Both the position numbers and the translations under genes were made by a program. A DNA stretch of 64,000 bases from Deltaproteobacteria bacterium (GTDB lineage: Bacteria; Desulfobacterota; WTBG01; CAIYCZ01; CAIRTM01), in NCBI GenBank assembly GCA_024276465.1, contig JAJRXD010000018.1, positions 18,997 to 82,996 on the forward strand, given 5' to 3'. Below, in pieces: positions 51,674 to 61,451 of the stretch (positions are counted from its first letter, which is position 1; each line of letters opens with the position of its first letter). The notes beneath the pieces were generated by a model. The model had not been told where the DNA came from, did no database searches, and was given only the letters and a program-made list of their open reading frames with translations.

Positions 51674-53215
51674 CTATAAGGATTGATCCAAAATCCCCTT
51701 AACATCATAAAGCACTTCACCCCTGCTGCGACTTATCACAACTTTCCCCGCCATTTCAGGAGGCAACAGATTCAGAGACGGTAAAACCGTAAACAATGGA
51801 CGTTCATGCAGGATGTCAGATAAAAATGCCGGGTTTTGCCTGCTCCCGGATTTCAGCTTTTCAGAATTCAGAATTAAAACTCCCGGGGCAAAACCATCCC
51901 TGTGCCGGACAACAAGCAGAGGATAAAGGGAAGTGCTGTCGCAGACAATAACACCGTCTGGTGATGCCTGCCTGAGCGCTGCTGCTGCAAACTGCTCTGC
52001 GGACTTCTCATTGTTCTTCCATGGAATTATCCAGTATCTGATTTCATCTCGGAAGGGACGTTCTCTTTCACGTTTTATTGTCAGTCCTGAAAAATTGATA
52101 ACTGCAGGAGCAGCTGCATAAACTGCAGGCGGTATCACAACAGAAACCATACAGCCACAAACTATCATGTTACGCCATTTTTGAGATTTATCAGCAAGTA
52201 CTGAGATGCCAATGGAAGAAGCAATTGCTGTCATTAGCAATGATGGCAGGAAAAAAGTAAACTGGTCCGGCACAGAGTACCTGAGAAAAAAAACAAATTC
52301 AATTACTGTTATTATTCCCAGTGATGATGCTAAAACACTTCCAAGGCGTCTTTTCATGTTCCACCAGCCCACTGCAGCAAGGGGCAGCGTAAAATTTATA
52401 AAGTTCAGGGATGTCAGACCTGCATTTGCCTTCATGAAATGCCATCTGGTTTTTGTGTTGAGAACTTCAGAAGCGAATTTGCCAAAAAGGGCAGAGTGGA
52501 TGGCTCCCGGGATATCACCGGTTTTTATGGCTGTATCAATTATCAGTGAAATATATGGCAATGCCCCTAAAGCATAGGCTGTGAATGAAACCGGAATTGT
52601 CCACAAAGGGATTTTTTTTCTGGCAGCTAAAAATATCAGAACCATGCAATAGACAGGCAGCGGAAGAAGGGCAAGGTTGTGAATACCCAGATTAATCCCG
52701 TTTAAAAGAAAAAGTGCGGCACCTGAGTACCATTTCGGCTTGAAGATCAAATTAATGAACAGAATCAGTTCTCCTGTCATAACAGCAAGTTGCCAGGAGT
52801 AACTTTCTGTTATTGTTGCCAGCCACCAGGTTGTGTGGGTTACGGAAAGCATTAATGCTGCGGAAAATCCTATCCACCTCCTGTTGGTCAAAAGTGATGC
52901 AATGACCGCCAGATTGGCCAGAGCAATGGACATTGCAATGCCACTTGAAAAATTCAGCATGGTGGTAATGTCACCTGTTGAAATCAGCATAAACAGCCGG
53001 CCAATGGCAATAAACAGAGGATGGGCTGATGCCAGGCCCAACTCTCCGGTGTAATCACCATTAATTATTCTCCACTGGTAAGCTCCGCTATCCTGCCAGC
53101 AGGCACCAGCCTGGACCGTAAAAAAATACAGCAGGGCAAACAGGCAGAATGAGCCGCACCACAGCATTTTAACCTGTAAGGGGCTGTTTTGTTTGTCAGT
53201 TGACAGACAGTTCAT
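51674..53215 (-). CDS. polytopic membrane protein, GT-C-like (DUF2723-like?) with C-terminal soluble domain
   Basis: More than 10 predicted TM helices, then a ~150 aa soluble tail. The start overlaps the cobO stop (ATGA). Confidence 0.35.
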   Translation of the reverse strand: MNCLSTDKQNSPLQVKMLWCGSFCLFALLYFFTVQAGACWQDSGAYQWRIINGDYTGELGLASAHPLFIAIGRLFMLISTGDITTMLNFSSGIAMSIALANLAVIASLLTNRRWIGFSAALMLSVTHTTWWLATITESYSWQLAVMTGELILFINLIFKPKWYSGAALFLLNGINLGIHNLALLPLPVYCMVLIFLAARKKIPLWTIPVSFTAYALGALPYISLIIDTAIKTGDIPGAIHSALFGKFASEVLNTKTRWHFMKANAGLTSLNFINFTLPLAAVGWWNMKRRLGSVLASSLGIITVIEFVFFLRYSVPDQFTFFLPSLLMTAIASSIGISVLADKSQKWRNMIVCGCMVSVVIPPAVYAAAPAVINFSGLTIKRERERPFRDEIRYWIIPWKNNEKSAEQFAAAALRQASPDGVIVCDSTSLYPLLVVRHRDGFAPGVLILNSEKLKSGSRQNPAFLSDILHERPLFTVLPSLNLLPPEMAGKVVISRSRGEVLYDVKGILDQSL

Positions 53216-53727
53216 TTTTCAATTCCCCTGCGGGCTTCAACTCCAAAGCTGTAATAATGCTTGATTTCCCTCATTTCAGTAACAAGGTCAGCACACTTAA
53301 TAATTTTATCATCTGCATATCTTCCGGTAATCACGATTTCCACATTGTCAGGCTTTGCAGTGATAAGATCAACAAGATCATCCACAGAAAAAAGGTTGTA
53401 ATAGGTTGCAATGTTTGCCTCATCAAGTATTACCATCTGGTAATCTCCTGATGAAATAATATGCCTTGTTTCATTAAGCCCCCTCAGGGCAGCTTCATAA
53501 TCTTTTTTGCCTGGTTTTTCAGAAATAAAGCAACCTGTTCCATACTGTTTCAGCTGTATTAAGTCCTCAAACCTTTTAAAAGCATTAATTTCACTGTAGT
53601 CCATGCATTTTGCAAACTGGGCAATATGGACCTTCAGCCCGGCGCCCGCAGCTCTCAAAGCAAGTCCGAATGCTGCTGTGGTTTTCCCCTTCCCATTGCC
53701 TGTATAAACCTGTATATAGCCTCTCAA
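53212..53727 (-). CDS. cobO: cob(I)yrinic acid a,c-diamide adenosyltransferase
   Basis: VYTGNGKGKTTAAFGLALRAAG P-loop, characteristic of CobA/CobO/BtuR. Confidence 0.85.
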   Translation of the reverse strand: MRGYIQVYTGNGKGKTTAAFGLALRAAGAGLKVHIAQFAKCMDYSEINAFKRFEDLIQLKQYGTGCFISEKPGKKDYEAALRGLNETRHIISSGDYQMVILDEANIATYYNLFSVDDLVDLITAKPDNVEIVITGRYADDKIIKCADLVTEMREIKHYYSFGVEARRGIEK

Positions 53728-53892
53728 AGGTTTACCCCTTTCATAAATATTTCTATTATTTAAGATAATCTGATATTATAACCAATCAGGGCTGAACCGG
53801 AAATCTTTTTTTTTGATCTGTCGGGTTTTTCATTCTGGAAATATGATTTTGCAGGTCGCAGATCCAGAGCTTGTCGCGGAACACAGAGGGTG

Positions 53893-53935
53893 CAGGAGCG
53901 CATTCATGCGCGAAAGGATTGGGACAGAGGAGTAG
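53893..53935. repeat. diverged copy of the GC-hairpin repeat
   Basis: GGGTGCAGGAGCGCATTCATGCGCGAAAGGA is about 75% identical to GGAGTAGGAGCGCCTTCAGGCGCGAAAAACC. Same GCGC-loop-GCGC hairpin architecture. Nearby, 53981-54009 is an inverted near-copy of 57182-57208. Confidence 0.5.
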
Positions 53936-54055
53936 AGTGTCATTGCAGGGAGTCCCGATAAATCAGGAAAGTAATCTCATGTTTTTCTTCGTGTCCTTCG
54001 TGCACTCGTGGTGCAATAAGATGTAGCAGAGCGTTTCATAAATAAAGCTGTTAAG

Positions 54056-54904
54056 GTGTTTAACATGATAATTACTGTTGCAAAATCTGCCGGATTCTGT
54101 TTTGGCGTAAAAAGGGCAATAAAAATGGCTCTTAATGCTGCGGCAAAAGATAAACAGGTTGAAATGCTTGGTGAAATTGTTCACAATGAGGATGTTGTCA
54201 GGAATATAGAAGAGGCTGGTATAAAAAAAATCAGCAGCCTTGTTTCCGGAAAAAATAAAATTCTTTTAATTCGTGCTCACGGAGAAGGTAAAAGTACCAT
54301 AGAAAATGCTAAAAAAATCGGCTACACCATCGTGGATGCTACCTGTCCGATGGTAAAAGAGATTCAGAAAATTGCAGAAGATCTGGAACAGAACGGCTAC
54401 GATATAATGATTATCGGGGATAAAGAACATGATGAGGTTCAGGGCATTGTGGGGAATATTCACAGACAGGCTATTGTAATTGACAGTGTCGAACAGATTC
54501 CACATGAAGCTGTCAAAAAAATAAAAAAGGCTGCGGTTATCGTACAGTCAACTCAGACAATTGAAAATGTCGATAAGATTTTAAATGTTTTAAAAAACAG
54601 CATCAGGAACCTGAGTTATTTTAACACCATATGCAAACCCACCAGGAGCAAACAAAAAGAGATAAAAGTATTGCCTCTTAAAAATGATGTTGTATTGATA
54701 ATAGGCTCAAAAACAAGCGCTAATACCAGAAGTCTGTATGAAATTTCAAAATCATTAAATGACCGAAGCTATTGGATTCAATCAGAAAATGATATCAGGC
54801 AGGGCTGGTTTGAAAAAGCCCGTAATGTTGGAATTACCGCAGGGGCTTCAACACCAGAGCACACAATAGACAGTGTTGTGGAATATCTGGAAAGAAATTT
54901 TTGA
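54056..54904 (+). CDS. ispH: 4-hydroxy-3-methylbut-2-enyl diphosphate reductase
   Basis: Opens AKSAGFCFGVKRAI, the LytB/IspH N-terminus. Conserved Cys ligands. Confidence 0.85.
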   Translation: MFNMIITVAKSAGFCFGVKRAIKMALNAAAKDKQVEMLGEIVHNEDVVRNIEEAGIKKISSLVSGKNKILLIRAHGEGKSTIENAKKIGYTIVDATCPMVKEIQKIAEDLEQNGYDIMIIGDKEHDEVQGIVGNIHRQAIVIDSVEQIPHEAVKKIKKAAVIVQSTQTIENVDKILNVLKNSIRNLSYFNTICKPTRSKQKEIKVLPLKNDVVLIIGSKTSANTRSLYEISKSLNDRSYWIQSENDIRQGWFEKARNVGITAGASTPEHTIDSVVEYLERNF

Positions 54905-55012
54905 TGACCCCCCATCATTTTTTAAGTCTTTTAATCAGTGTCTGACCGAAAACTGTAAAAACAGGGCTTTCGTTCAGCCACTTAATTAACACTGTCCACA
55001 GGTGCCAGGATA

Positions 55013-57124
55013 ATGATAAAAAAGGGTATGATTTCAGGACTGTCAGCGGGCCTTGTTGTCAGTTTGTTTGACGGCCTTTTCATGCTCATGCCTAACACTT
55101 ATGTGCCGGTGAGCTACCCCTTTTTCCTGATTATTTTCAATGTCTTTTTCTGGACGACTGCGGGCAGCACTGCAGGATTGCTTCTATGTCTTTTTGTCCG
55201 GAACAGCAAAAAAGCCGGAGCCAATGAAAATCGCTGCTGGGTTGTTTTCTTCCTTTTTCCCTTTGCTGTAATCTATGGGCTTGCAGGAAGAATGACCATA
55301 GATAAGCTCATCTCCCCGGCTTTTGATCATCACCTCTCTTTTTTATGGGTTTTTCTTATTCTTTTATTCCTGTTTTTTTTCAGAGCAAAGGAGACTGGAA
55401 AAGCCCCTGCTGTTTTCTATATCCCTGAAATATTCACCTTTGCTGCTCTTTTCATGTTCTGCTCAAACACAGCAAAAATACCGGGCCTTTCTATAATTTT
55501 TAACATGCTGTTTTCTCAGGGCATCAGTGACATCAACACCCGCATGCTGTTACACACGCGCTACTTAACGGTTGTATATATTACTGGTGTTTTGCTGATT
55601 ATGTGTGGTTACTTCCTGTTTTTTTTCAAGTTTAAACCTGTAATAAAAAAACAGTTTCAGGTTATACTGGCATTGGCCTTATTTGTACTGCTGTTCTTAT
55701 CTGCTCTTTTTTCAGGAAACCGCAGCAGTTTTTACACCATCAATTATCCGTCCGTTACTTCGATGCAGGCACCCCGCCCCCCATCAATACCTTATGTAAT
55801 ACTGATAGTTCTTGATACGGTTCGTGCAGACCGCCTGGCTGTTTACGGCAATAGCGGAGTTGCGGAAAACCTTGAGAAGTTTTCCAGAGATGCCCTTGTT
55901 TTTGAAAACTGCATTGCATCTTCACCCTGGACGCTTCCCTCCCACGCGTCTCTTTTTACCGGTTTGTATCCTGTTGAGCACGGTGCCCACCATGTTTTAA
56001 ATAAAACAATGTGGTCTTCCAGGGCACTTGATGATAAGTTTACGACACTGGCAGATATATTTAAAAGCAACGGATACCTGACATCTGCTGTTGTTTCAAA
56101 CTGCGCCCTTTTGCACAAAGGTTTTAACCTGAATAAGGGGTTTCAGATCTACGACTGTACAAAAAACATTGGCGCAACACTTAAATTTCCATTCAGGCCG
56201 CTTTTACCTTTTTTCAGCTACCTGACAAATGTTATGCCAAAAAATTTTCTGTTTTACCGGCCGGCTGAGGAGATAAACAGTAATGCCGCCTTTTTGCTGA
56301 AAAAAATGAAACCCGATCCTTTTTTTCTGTTTCTTAACTACATGGATGCTCACGCACCGTATGTTCCTCCCCGGCCATTTAACAGCCTTTTTACTGACAC
56401 AGCATTTCCTCAGTTAAAAAGAATCAGGCAGCAGATCTGTAATTTTATTAAACTTCCGCAAAAAGAAACATGGGATTCATTCATGCTGTCCCAGTATGAT
56501 GGAGAAATAGCATATCTTGACCATTATTTAGGGGAACTGTTTTCACAATTAAAAAAAATGAAGCTTTACGATCCATCCCTTATAATAATCACTGCTGATC
56601 ATGGGGAGCTTTTTGGTGAACATGGATTGAACGGGCATTATTGCGCCATGTATGAAGAAGTATTAAAAGTCCCTCTGATGATAAAATTTCCATTTAACAG
56701 AAAAACCGGCAGGGAAAAAAACAGGATTGGGTTACATGATCTTTTTTCAACAATACTTTCGATTTGTGACCTGCCCATACCTGATGGTGTATCAGGCAGG
56801 GCCAGTTATGATATCCCCGGACCTGTTGCAGCAGCAGAGTTCTATGATTCCAAGATGGGCCGGCACCGTGTTATTTACGATGGAAAATATAAATATATGA
56901 AATACAGCAGAAAGAAAAAGCCTGAGCTGTATGATCTTCTGAAAGACCCCTCTGAACAGGTTAATTTAACTGAAAAACTTCCTGAAACAAGGGCTGAAAT
57001 GGAAAAAACCCTTGCAGAGTGGAACAGGAAACATGTTGCAAGATTCAACCCTGATTCTCAGGGCAAGACGTTTTTTTCCCGGGAAATTGAGGAGGGCCTT
57101 AAGGCACTGGGATACATAAGGTGA
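55013..57124 (+). CDS. membrane-anchored sulfatase-superfamily (alkaline-phosphatase fold) protein, LtaS/EptA-like, paralog 1
   Basis: N-terminal ~250 aa multi-TM domain. Sulfatase-fold domain with LDTVRADRL metal motif. The formylglycine CxPxR motif is replaced by TLPSH (Cys to Thr, Arg to His). Confidence 0.65.
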   Translation: MIKKGMISGLSAGLVVSLFDGLFMLMPNTYVPVSYPFFLIIFNVFFWTTAGSTAGLLLCLFVRNSKKAGANENRCWVVFFLFPFAVIYGLAGRMTIDKLISPAFDHHLSFLWVFLILLFLFFFRAKETGKAPAVFYIPEIFTFAALFMFCSNTAKIPGLSIIFNMLFSQGISDINTRMLLHTRYLTVVYITGVLLIMCGYFLFFFKFKPVIKKQFQVILALALFVLLFLSALFSGNRSSFYTINYPSVTSMQAPRPPSIPYVILIVLDTVRADRLAVYGNSGVAENLEKFSRDALVFENCIASSPWTLPSHASLFTGLYPVEHGAHHVLNKTMWSSRALDDKFTTLADIFKSNGYLTSAVVSNCALLHKGFNLNKGFQIYDCTKNIGATLKFPFRPLLPFFSYLTNVMPKNFLFYRPAEEINSNAAFLLKKMKPDPFFLFLNYMDAHAPYVPPRPFNSLFTDTAFPQLKRIRQQICNFIKLPQKETWDSFMLSQYDGEIAYLDHYLGELFSQLKKMKLYDPSLIIITADHGELFGEHGLNGHYCAMYEEVLKVPLMIKFPFNRKTGREKNRIGLHDLFSTILSICDLPIPDGVSGRASYDIPGPVAAAEFYDSKMGRHRVIYDGKYKYMKYSRKKKPELYDLLKDPSEQVNLTEKLPETRAEMEKTLAEWNRKHVARFNPDSQGKTFFSREIEEGLKALGYIR

Positions 57125-57225
57125 GGGCAGTCCCGATATTTATCGGGACAATGACAGATTTGAACACAGGTTTTTTCATATCACCACGAAGAGCACGAAG
57201 AAAAAGAATATTAACCGCAGGCAAA

Positions 57226-57297
57226 TGCTCATGCGAGCGAAAAACAGAACTGATATCGCGCCTGAAGGCGCTCCTACTCCGGACTTTTCGTTCAGGC
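57226..57297. repeat. intergenic GC-hairpin repeat element, copy 1
   Basis: Unit AACTGATATCGCGCCTGAAGGCGCTCCTACTCCGGACTTTTCGTTCAGG. A 40-nt core is exactly inverted at 59463-59502. A 27-nt direct copy lies at 59522-59548. Confidence 0.8.
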
Positions 57298-57343
57298 ACT
57301 GTAAGTCTTTTGAAAAGTCTGGTCCCCTTGGTCAGGCTTTTTG

Positions 57344-58039
57344 CTAATCTGAATATCCGGCAGGATCAGCCAGCCCGGCCTCCCTGAAACCCTTTAGCCT
57401 CAGCCTGCAACTGTCACAGTTTCCGCAGGCCATGCCCTCTGCAGAGGGATCGTAACAGCTGTGGGTTATGCTGTAGTCGATGCCGAGGCTGATGCCTTTT
57501 TTTATGATTTCAGCTTTTGTCATCTGAATCAGGGGTACCCTGATTTTTATTTTTCTCCCCTCAACTCCTGCCCTGGTTGCAAGCCGGGCCATGGCCTCAA
57601 AGGCCCTGATATACTCAGGCCGGCAGTCAGGATACCCTGAATAGTCAACTGCATTGACACCGATAAAAATGTCGGAAATTTCCAGCACCTCTGCCCATGC
57701 AAGGGCATAGGAAAGAAAAACAGTATTGCGGGCCGGTACATATGTTGCGGGAATTTCTTTTGATGCTTCCTCAAGGTTCCTGTTTTTTGGTATATCTGTT
57801 TTATCAGTCAGGGCTGAGCCGCCTATTTTGGCAAAATCAAGATCTATGATCATCTGCTTTTCAACCTTGAACAAATCAGATACTTTTCTGGCCTGGCGCA
57901 GCTCTGTTTCGTGCCTTTGTCCATACCTGAAACTAAGGCTGTACAGGCTGTAACCCTCATTTTTTGCCATTGCCATAACAGTTGTTGAGTCCAGGCCGCC
58001 ACTGCATAAAATGATTGCACTTTTATTAGTTGTTGTCAT
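57344..58039 (-). CDS. queC: 7-cyano-7-deazaguanine synthase
   Basis: [13 protein letters not shown]-loop and C-terminal Zn-binding Cys cluster (CGNCDSC). Confidence 0.85.
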   Translation of the reverse strand: MTTTNKSAIILCSGGLDSTTVMAMAKNEGYSLYSLSFRYGQRHETELRQARKVSDLFKVEKQMIIDLDFAKIGGSALTDKTDIPKNRNLEEASKEIPATYVPARNTVFLSYALAWAEVLEISDIFIGVNAVDYSGYPDCRPEYIRAFEAMARLATRAGVEGRKIKIRVPLIQMTKAEIIKKGISLGIDYSITHSCYDPSAEGMACGNCDSCRLRLKGFREAGLADPAGYSD

Positions 58040-58052
58040 TTTTTCATCCAGG

Positions 58053-59426
58053 CTACTTCACTAATGCATTGTGAATTGCCCTGATAGCCCTGTCTGCATG
58101 TTCATCTTCTATAACACAGGAAATGTTTATTTCTGAAGCACCCTGGGAAATCATTTCAATATTAATAGCCTCATCTCCAAGAACAGAAAACATCATTCCT
58201 GAAAGCCCAACGCAATGTTTCTGGCCTCTTCCCACCAGACTTAAAATTGCCATGTTTTTGTTTACAGATACTGTTCCTAAAAGCTCCAGCTCATGGATGG
58301 CACTGTCCAGATTTTCTTCGCTTTCAACAGTCATGGAGATATTAACTTCTGAAGTGGAAATCAAATCAATAATAATTCCATATTTTGCCATGATATTAAA
58401 TATTTTTGCCATGAAACCATAGGCCATCAGCATGCGATTGGAGTTAATATTAATAACGGAAATATTCCTTTTTACTGTAACAGCAGTTGCAGGCTTTGCT
58501 GCAGTACCTTCGCTGATGTGAGGGTCGATAACTGTTCCAGGCAGGTCGGGTTTTAATGTATTTTTTATCCGTATAGGTATGCTGGCTCTCATAACCTGCT
58601 CCATGGTAAAAGGATGTATTACTTCAGAGCCATAGTATGTAAGCTCTGCAGCCTCCTCGGGTGTTATGCTGGGAAGAACTCTGGCCTCTGCAACCTTTCT
58701 GGGATCAGCAGAATAGACGCCATCAACCTCTTTCCATATCTGCAGTTCCCTTGCATTAATTGCAGCAGCTGACAGTGCTGCGGTAAGATCGGTATAGCCG
58801 CGTCCAATGCTCTGAATAATGCCGTTTGGTACAAATCCGAAGTAACCTGTCAATACGGGCACTTTGTTTCCGCAATTAAGAATCTTTTTTTTCAGGCGGC
58901 TTTGAACGTATGAATAAAAATCCAGGGTGGTTTCCTGAAAAGGTTTGTCAATAATTGAGTCCAGGTTAACATATTCAGCATCTATGCCCATACTGTTGAG
59001 CAAACCTGAAAAAATACAGGCTGAAAGCTTCTCACCGGTTCCTATAATAACATCCTGAGAACGCGGGGATATTTCTCCGATAACACTGATAGCATCAAGA
59101 AATGATTTTAAGGACTTCAATTCTTCTTTAACTTCCTCAAGTATCTGATCCTTTGTTTCTCCCTTGATTATCTGTTCGATAGTAGAGATGTGGTATTTTT
59201 CAAGGTCTTCAACAATTTTAAAATAAGACCCCTTATTCAGGGCAGCGGTTGCTGCTTCCAGCAACCTGCTTGTGGTGCCCTCGGCCTTCACATAGCTGCT
59301 CATTGCGGATAGAGCAACAACCACCCTGTTTTTCTCAATGCTCTGCTTTACGATATTTGCAACACTGTGCATACGTTCAGGTTTGCCAATACTTGTGCCA
59401 CCGAATTTCTGTACAATAAATTCCAT
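58053..59426 (-). CDS. lysC: aspartate kinase
   Basis: VQKFGGTS N-terminal kinase motif. C-terminal tandem ACT domains. Confidence 0.85.
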   Translation of the reverse strand: MEFIVQKFGGTSIGKPERMHSVANIVKQSIEKNRVVVALSAMSSYVKAEGTTSRLLEAATAALNKGSYFKIVEDLEKYHISTIEQIIKGETKDQILEEVKEELKSLKSFLDAISVIGEISPRSQDVIIGTGEKLSACIFSGLLNSMGIDAEYVNLDSIIDKPFQETTLDFYSYVQSRLKKKILNCGNKVPVLTGYFGFVPNGIIQSIGRGYTDLTAALSAAAINARELQIWKEVDGVYSADPRKVAEARVLPSITPEEAAELTYYGSEVIHPFTMEQVMRASIPIRIKNTLKPDLPGTVIDPHISEGTAAKPATAVTVKRNISVININSNRMLMAYGFMAKIFNIMAKYGIIIDLISTSEVNISMTVESEENLDSAIHELELLGTVSVNKNMAILSLVGRGQKHCVGLSGMMFSVLGDEAINIEMISQGASEINISCVIEDEHADRAIRAIHNALVK

Positions 59427-59462
59427 AACTTCCCCTGATAATTATATTTTAAGAAACTGTTT

Positions 59463-59552
59463 TAATTAGTTCCTGAACGAAAAGTCCGGAGTAGGAGCGC
59501 CTTCAGGCGCGAAAAACCTCAACTGATATCGCGCCTGAAGGCGCTCCTGCAG
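59463..59552. repeat. intergenic GC-hairpin repeat element, copy 2
   Basis: Inverted core plus direct core form a 19-bp perfect stem (AGGAGCGCCTTCAGGCGCG/CGCGCCTGAAGGCGCTCCT) with an 18-nt loop. Confidence 0.8.
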
Positions 59553-59815
59553 AAAATTATTTTTCGGGTTCCAACCTGAATCCGGGTTTTCGGTCAGACA
59601 CTATTATAGGGTTTACTCTTATCAGAGTCAAACAGAAGTGCTTTTTGCGAAATCATGGTTAATGACCGGTTAATTTGATTATTCAAAAAAAGATTAACAT
59701 GTGATATTTTATAATCCCGGATTTTTGCAGCAGGGGTCGCAGCAAGGGCTTTTGCCCCAGAGTCCCGATTTCAACAGGACTGCAGATTCCGGGTTAAAAT
59801 CAAGGAAGATAAATT

Positions 59816-61435
59816 ATGCATAATGGCCCCATGATAAAAATCAGAATAACATTGTTCTATTTGATCCTTCTTTTTCTTTTTGCATACCCCTGTGTTTTTC
59901 TACCCTTCTGGTCTGACCAGGCTATCTTTGCCTACATCGGTGATATTATCAACAGGGGCGGGCTGCCCTACATGGATGCCTGGGATCTCAAGCCACCTGT
60001 TATCTATTATCTGTACAGCCTGGGTTTGAAAATATTCGGCCATTCCATGGCTGGGTTGAGATTTTTTGATTACATGTATTCGATTGTAACGCTTTTTGCA
60101 GTTTATCACCTGGGAACATTGCTGTTCTGCAGGCAGTCAGGCAGGCTTGCTGCAGTAACTCTGGGAATCCTCTATTTTTTTACTAATGATTTTACGAGTC
60201 TTTCACAGTGTGAAAGCTTTATGATCCTTCCAATGGTTTTGTCAGTTTATTTTTGCTGTTCAGGGATGAAGAGGCAAAGCATATCCCTGTTTTTCTGTTC
60301 CGGGATTTTGGCCGGAGTTGTTTTTATGACAAAGCCAACAGGGATACTGGTAATTATCCCTGTTGTTCTGTATATATTTTTCAAAACCTGTTGCCAGGAG
60401 AAAAAGCCTGATGTTCGTTTGATCTTTTCAAGGCTTTCAGCAGTTTTTTCAGGCCTGGCTGTTTTTGCGGCTGTTGTTTTTCTATGGCTGTATAAAAACG
60501 GATTACTTTCTGAATTTATGTATACGCTTTTCGTCTATGATGCAGGCCATTTTCGTTCTGCACTTGCTATCAAAAAAGATTATGGACATGTAAGGTTATC
60601 CGGCTTTATGCGCAGGTATCTTTTTGTATTGATCCCTGCATTTGCCGACTTTGTTTTGAAAAAAGACAGAAACAGATGGCCGGAAAATATTCTTCTTTAC
60701 AGCTGGGCTCTAATGGCGGTTTCAGGATTCCTTTTGCAGGCAAGATTTTATCCCTACCATCTGTTGCCCGTGATAGCCCCTCTTTCCCTTCTTGGAGCCC
60801 AGGGGTTTTTAAGCCTGTGGTCTGATCCTGAAATGAATAAAAAAATTTATTTTTTCAAAAAAAAAGTTCTTTTTGCCATTATTGTTCTGGCTTTCATGTT
60901 TGGTGCCATCCGCTCGCACATGCTGCTGACCTGGCATTTTACCAGTTCCCTTGTTCGTGGAAACTTTTCAGAAAAATTTTATGATCGTTTTTTTAAATTT
61001 GAAAGCCTTGGATTTTCAATTAATACAACTTCAAAAGCAGCACAGTATATCAGAGAAAACAGTAAAAAAGAGGATCTCATTTTTATCTGGGGGTTCCAGC
61101 CCCTTGTTTATTTTCTTTCGGAAAGATATGCGCCATCACGGTTTTTTTTTAATGCACCTCTTGTGGCACAGTTTAATGAAAAAAGAACCTCCTGGAGGGA
61201 GAGCCTGATTGCTGATTTAAGGAAAAATCCTCCGGAAATAATCCTTGTTGTAAAAAATGACATACTGCAAAATCAGTTAATGTCTAATACGGCCAGGGAT
61301 TCTCTTGCTCTTTTAAATGAATTTCCAGAACTGCTGAAATTAATTGAAGATGATTACCAGCTGGAAAGAATAATTGATAATTTTTTTCTTTATCGCTACA
61401 TCTGTGACAAGGATGATAAAATTACAACACACTGA
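59816..61435 (+). CDS. GT-C-fold glycosyltransferase-like membrane protein (ArnT/PMT-like)
   Basis: About 12 TM helices. First periplasmic loop YMDAWDLKPP carries an acidic motif as in GT39/GT83. Confidence 0.5.
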   Translation: MHNGPMIKIRITLFYLILLFLFAYPCVFLPFWSDQAIFAYIGDIINRGGLPYMDAWDLKPPVIYYLYSLGLKIFGHSMAGLRFFDYMYSIVTLFAVYHLGTLLFCRQSGRLAAVTLGILYFFTNDFTSLSQCESFMILPMVLSVYFCCSGMKRQSISLFFCSGILAGVVFMTKPTGILVIIPVVLYIFFKTCCQEKKPDVRLIFSRLSAVFSGLAVFAAVVFLWLYKNGLLSEFMYTLFVYDAGHFRSALAIKKDYGHVRLSGFMRRYLFVLIPAFADFVLKKDRNRWPENILLYSWALMAVSGFLLQARFYPYHLLPVIAPLSLLGAQGFLSLWSDPEMNKKIYFFKKKVLFAIIVLAFMFGAIRSHMLLTWHFTSSLVRGNFSEKFYDRFFKFESLGFSINTTSKAAQYIRENSKKEDLIFIWGFQPLVYFLSERYAPSRFFFNAPLVAQFNEKRTSWRESLIADLRKNPPEIILVVKNDILQNQLMSNTARDSLALLNEFPELLKLIEDDYQLERIIDNFFLYRYICDKDDKITTH

Positions 61436-61451
61436 ACCAGGATAAAAGAAG

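Noticed and set aside
55013-57124. Annotation as an arylsulfatase
   Set aside because: The formylglycine CxPxR motif is replaced by TLPSH and an N-terminal multi-TM anchor is present. A phosphotransferase-type function is more consistent.
57121-57387. 88-aa ORF (+) between the sulfatase paralog and queC
   Set aside because: It lies entirely over the intergenic hairpin repeat and the antisense 3' end of queC. Composition is Arg/Leu-rich and there is no RBS. Treated as non-coding.
58040-58052. preQ1 riboswitch associated with queC
   Set aside because: queC is downstream of lysC with only a 13-nt gap, and there is no conserved preQ1 aptamer sequence upstream.
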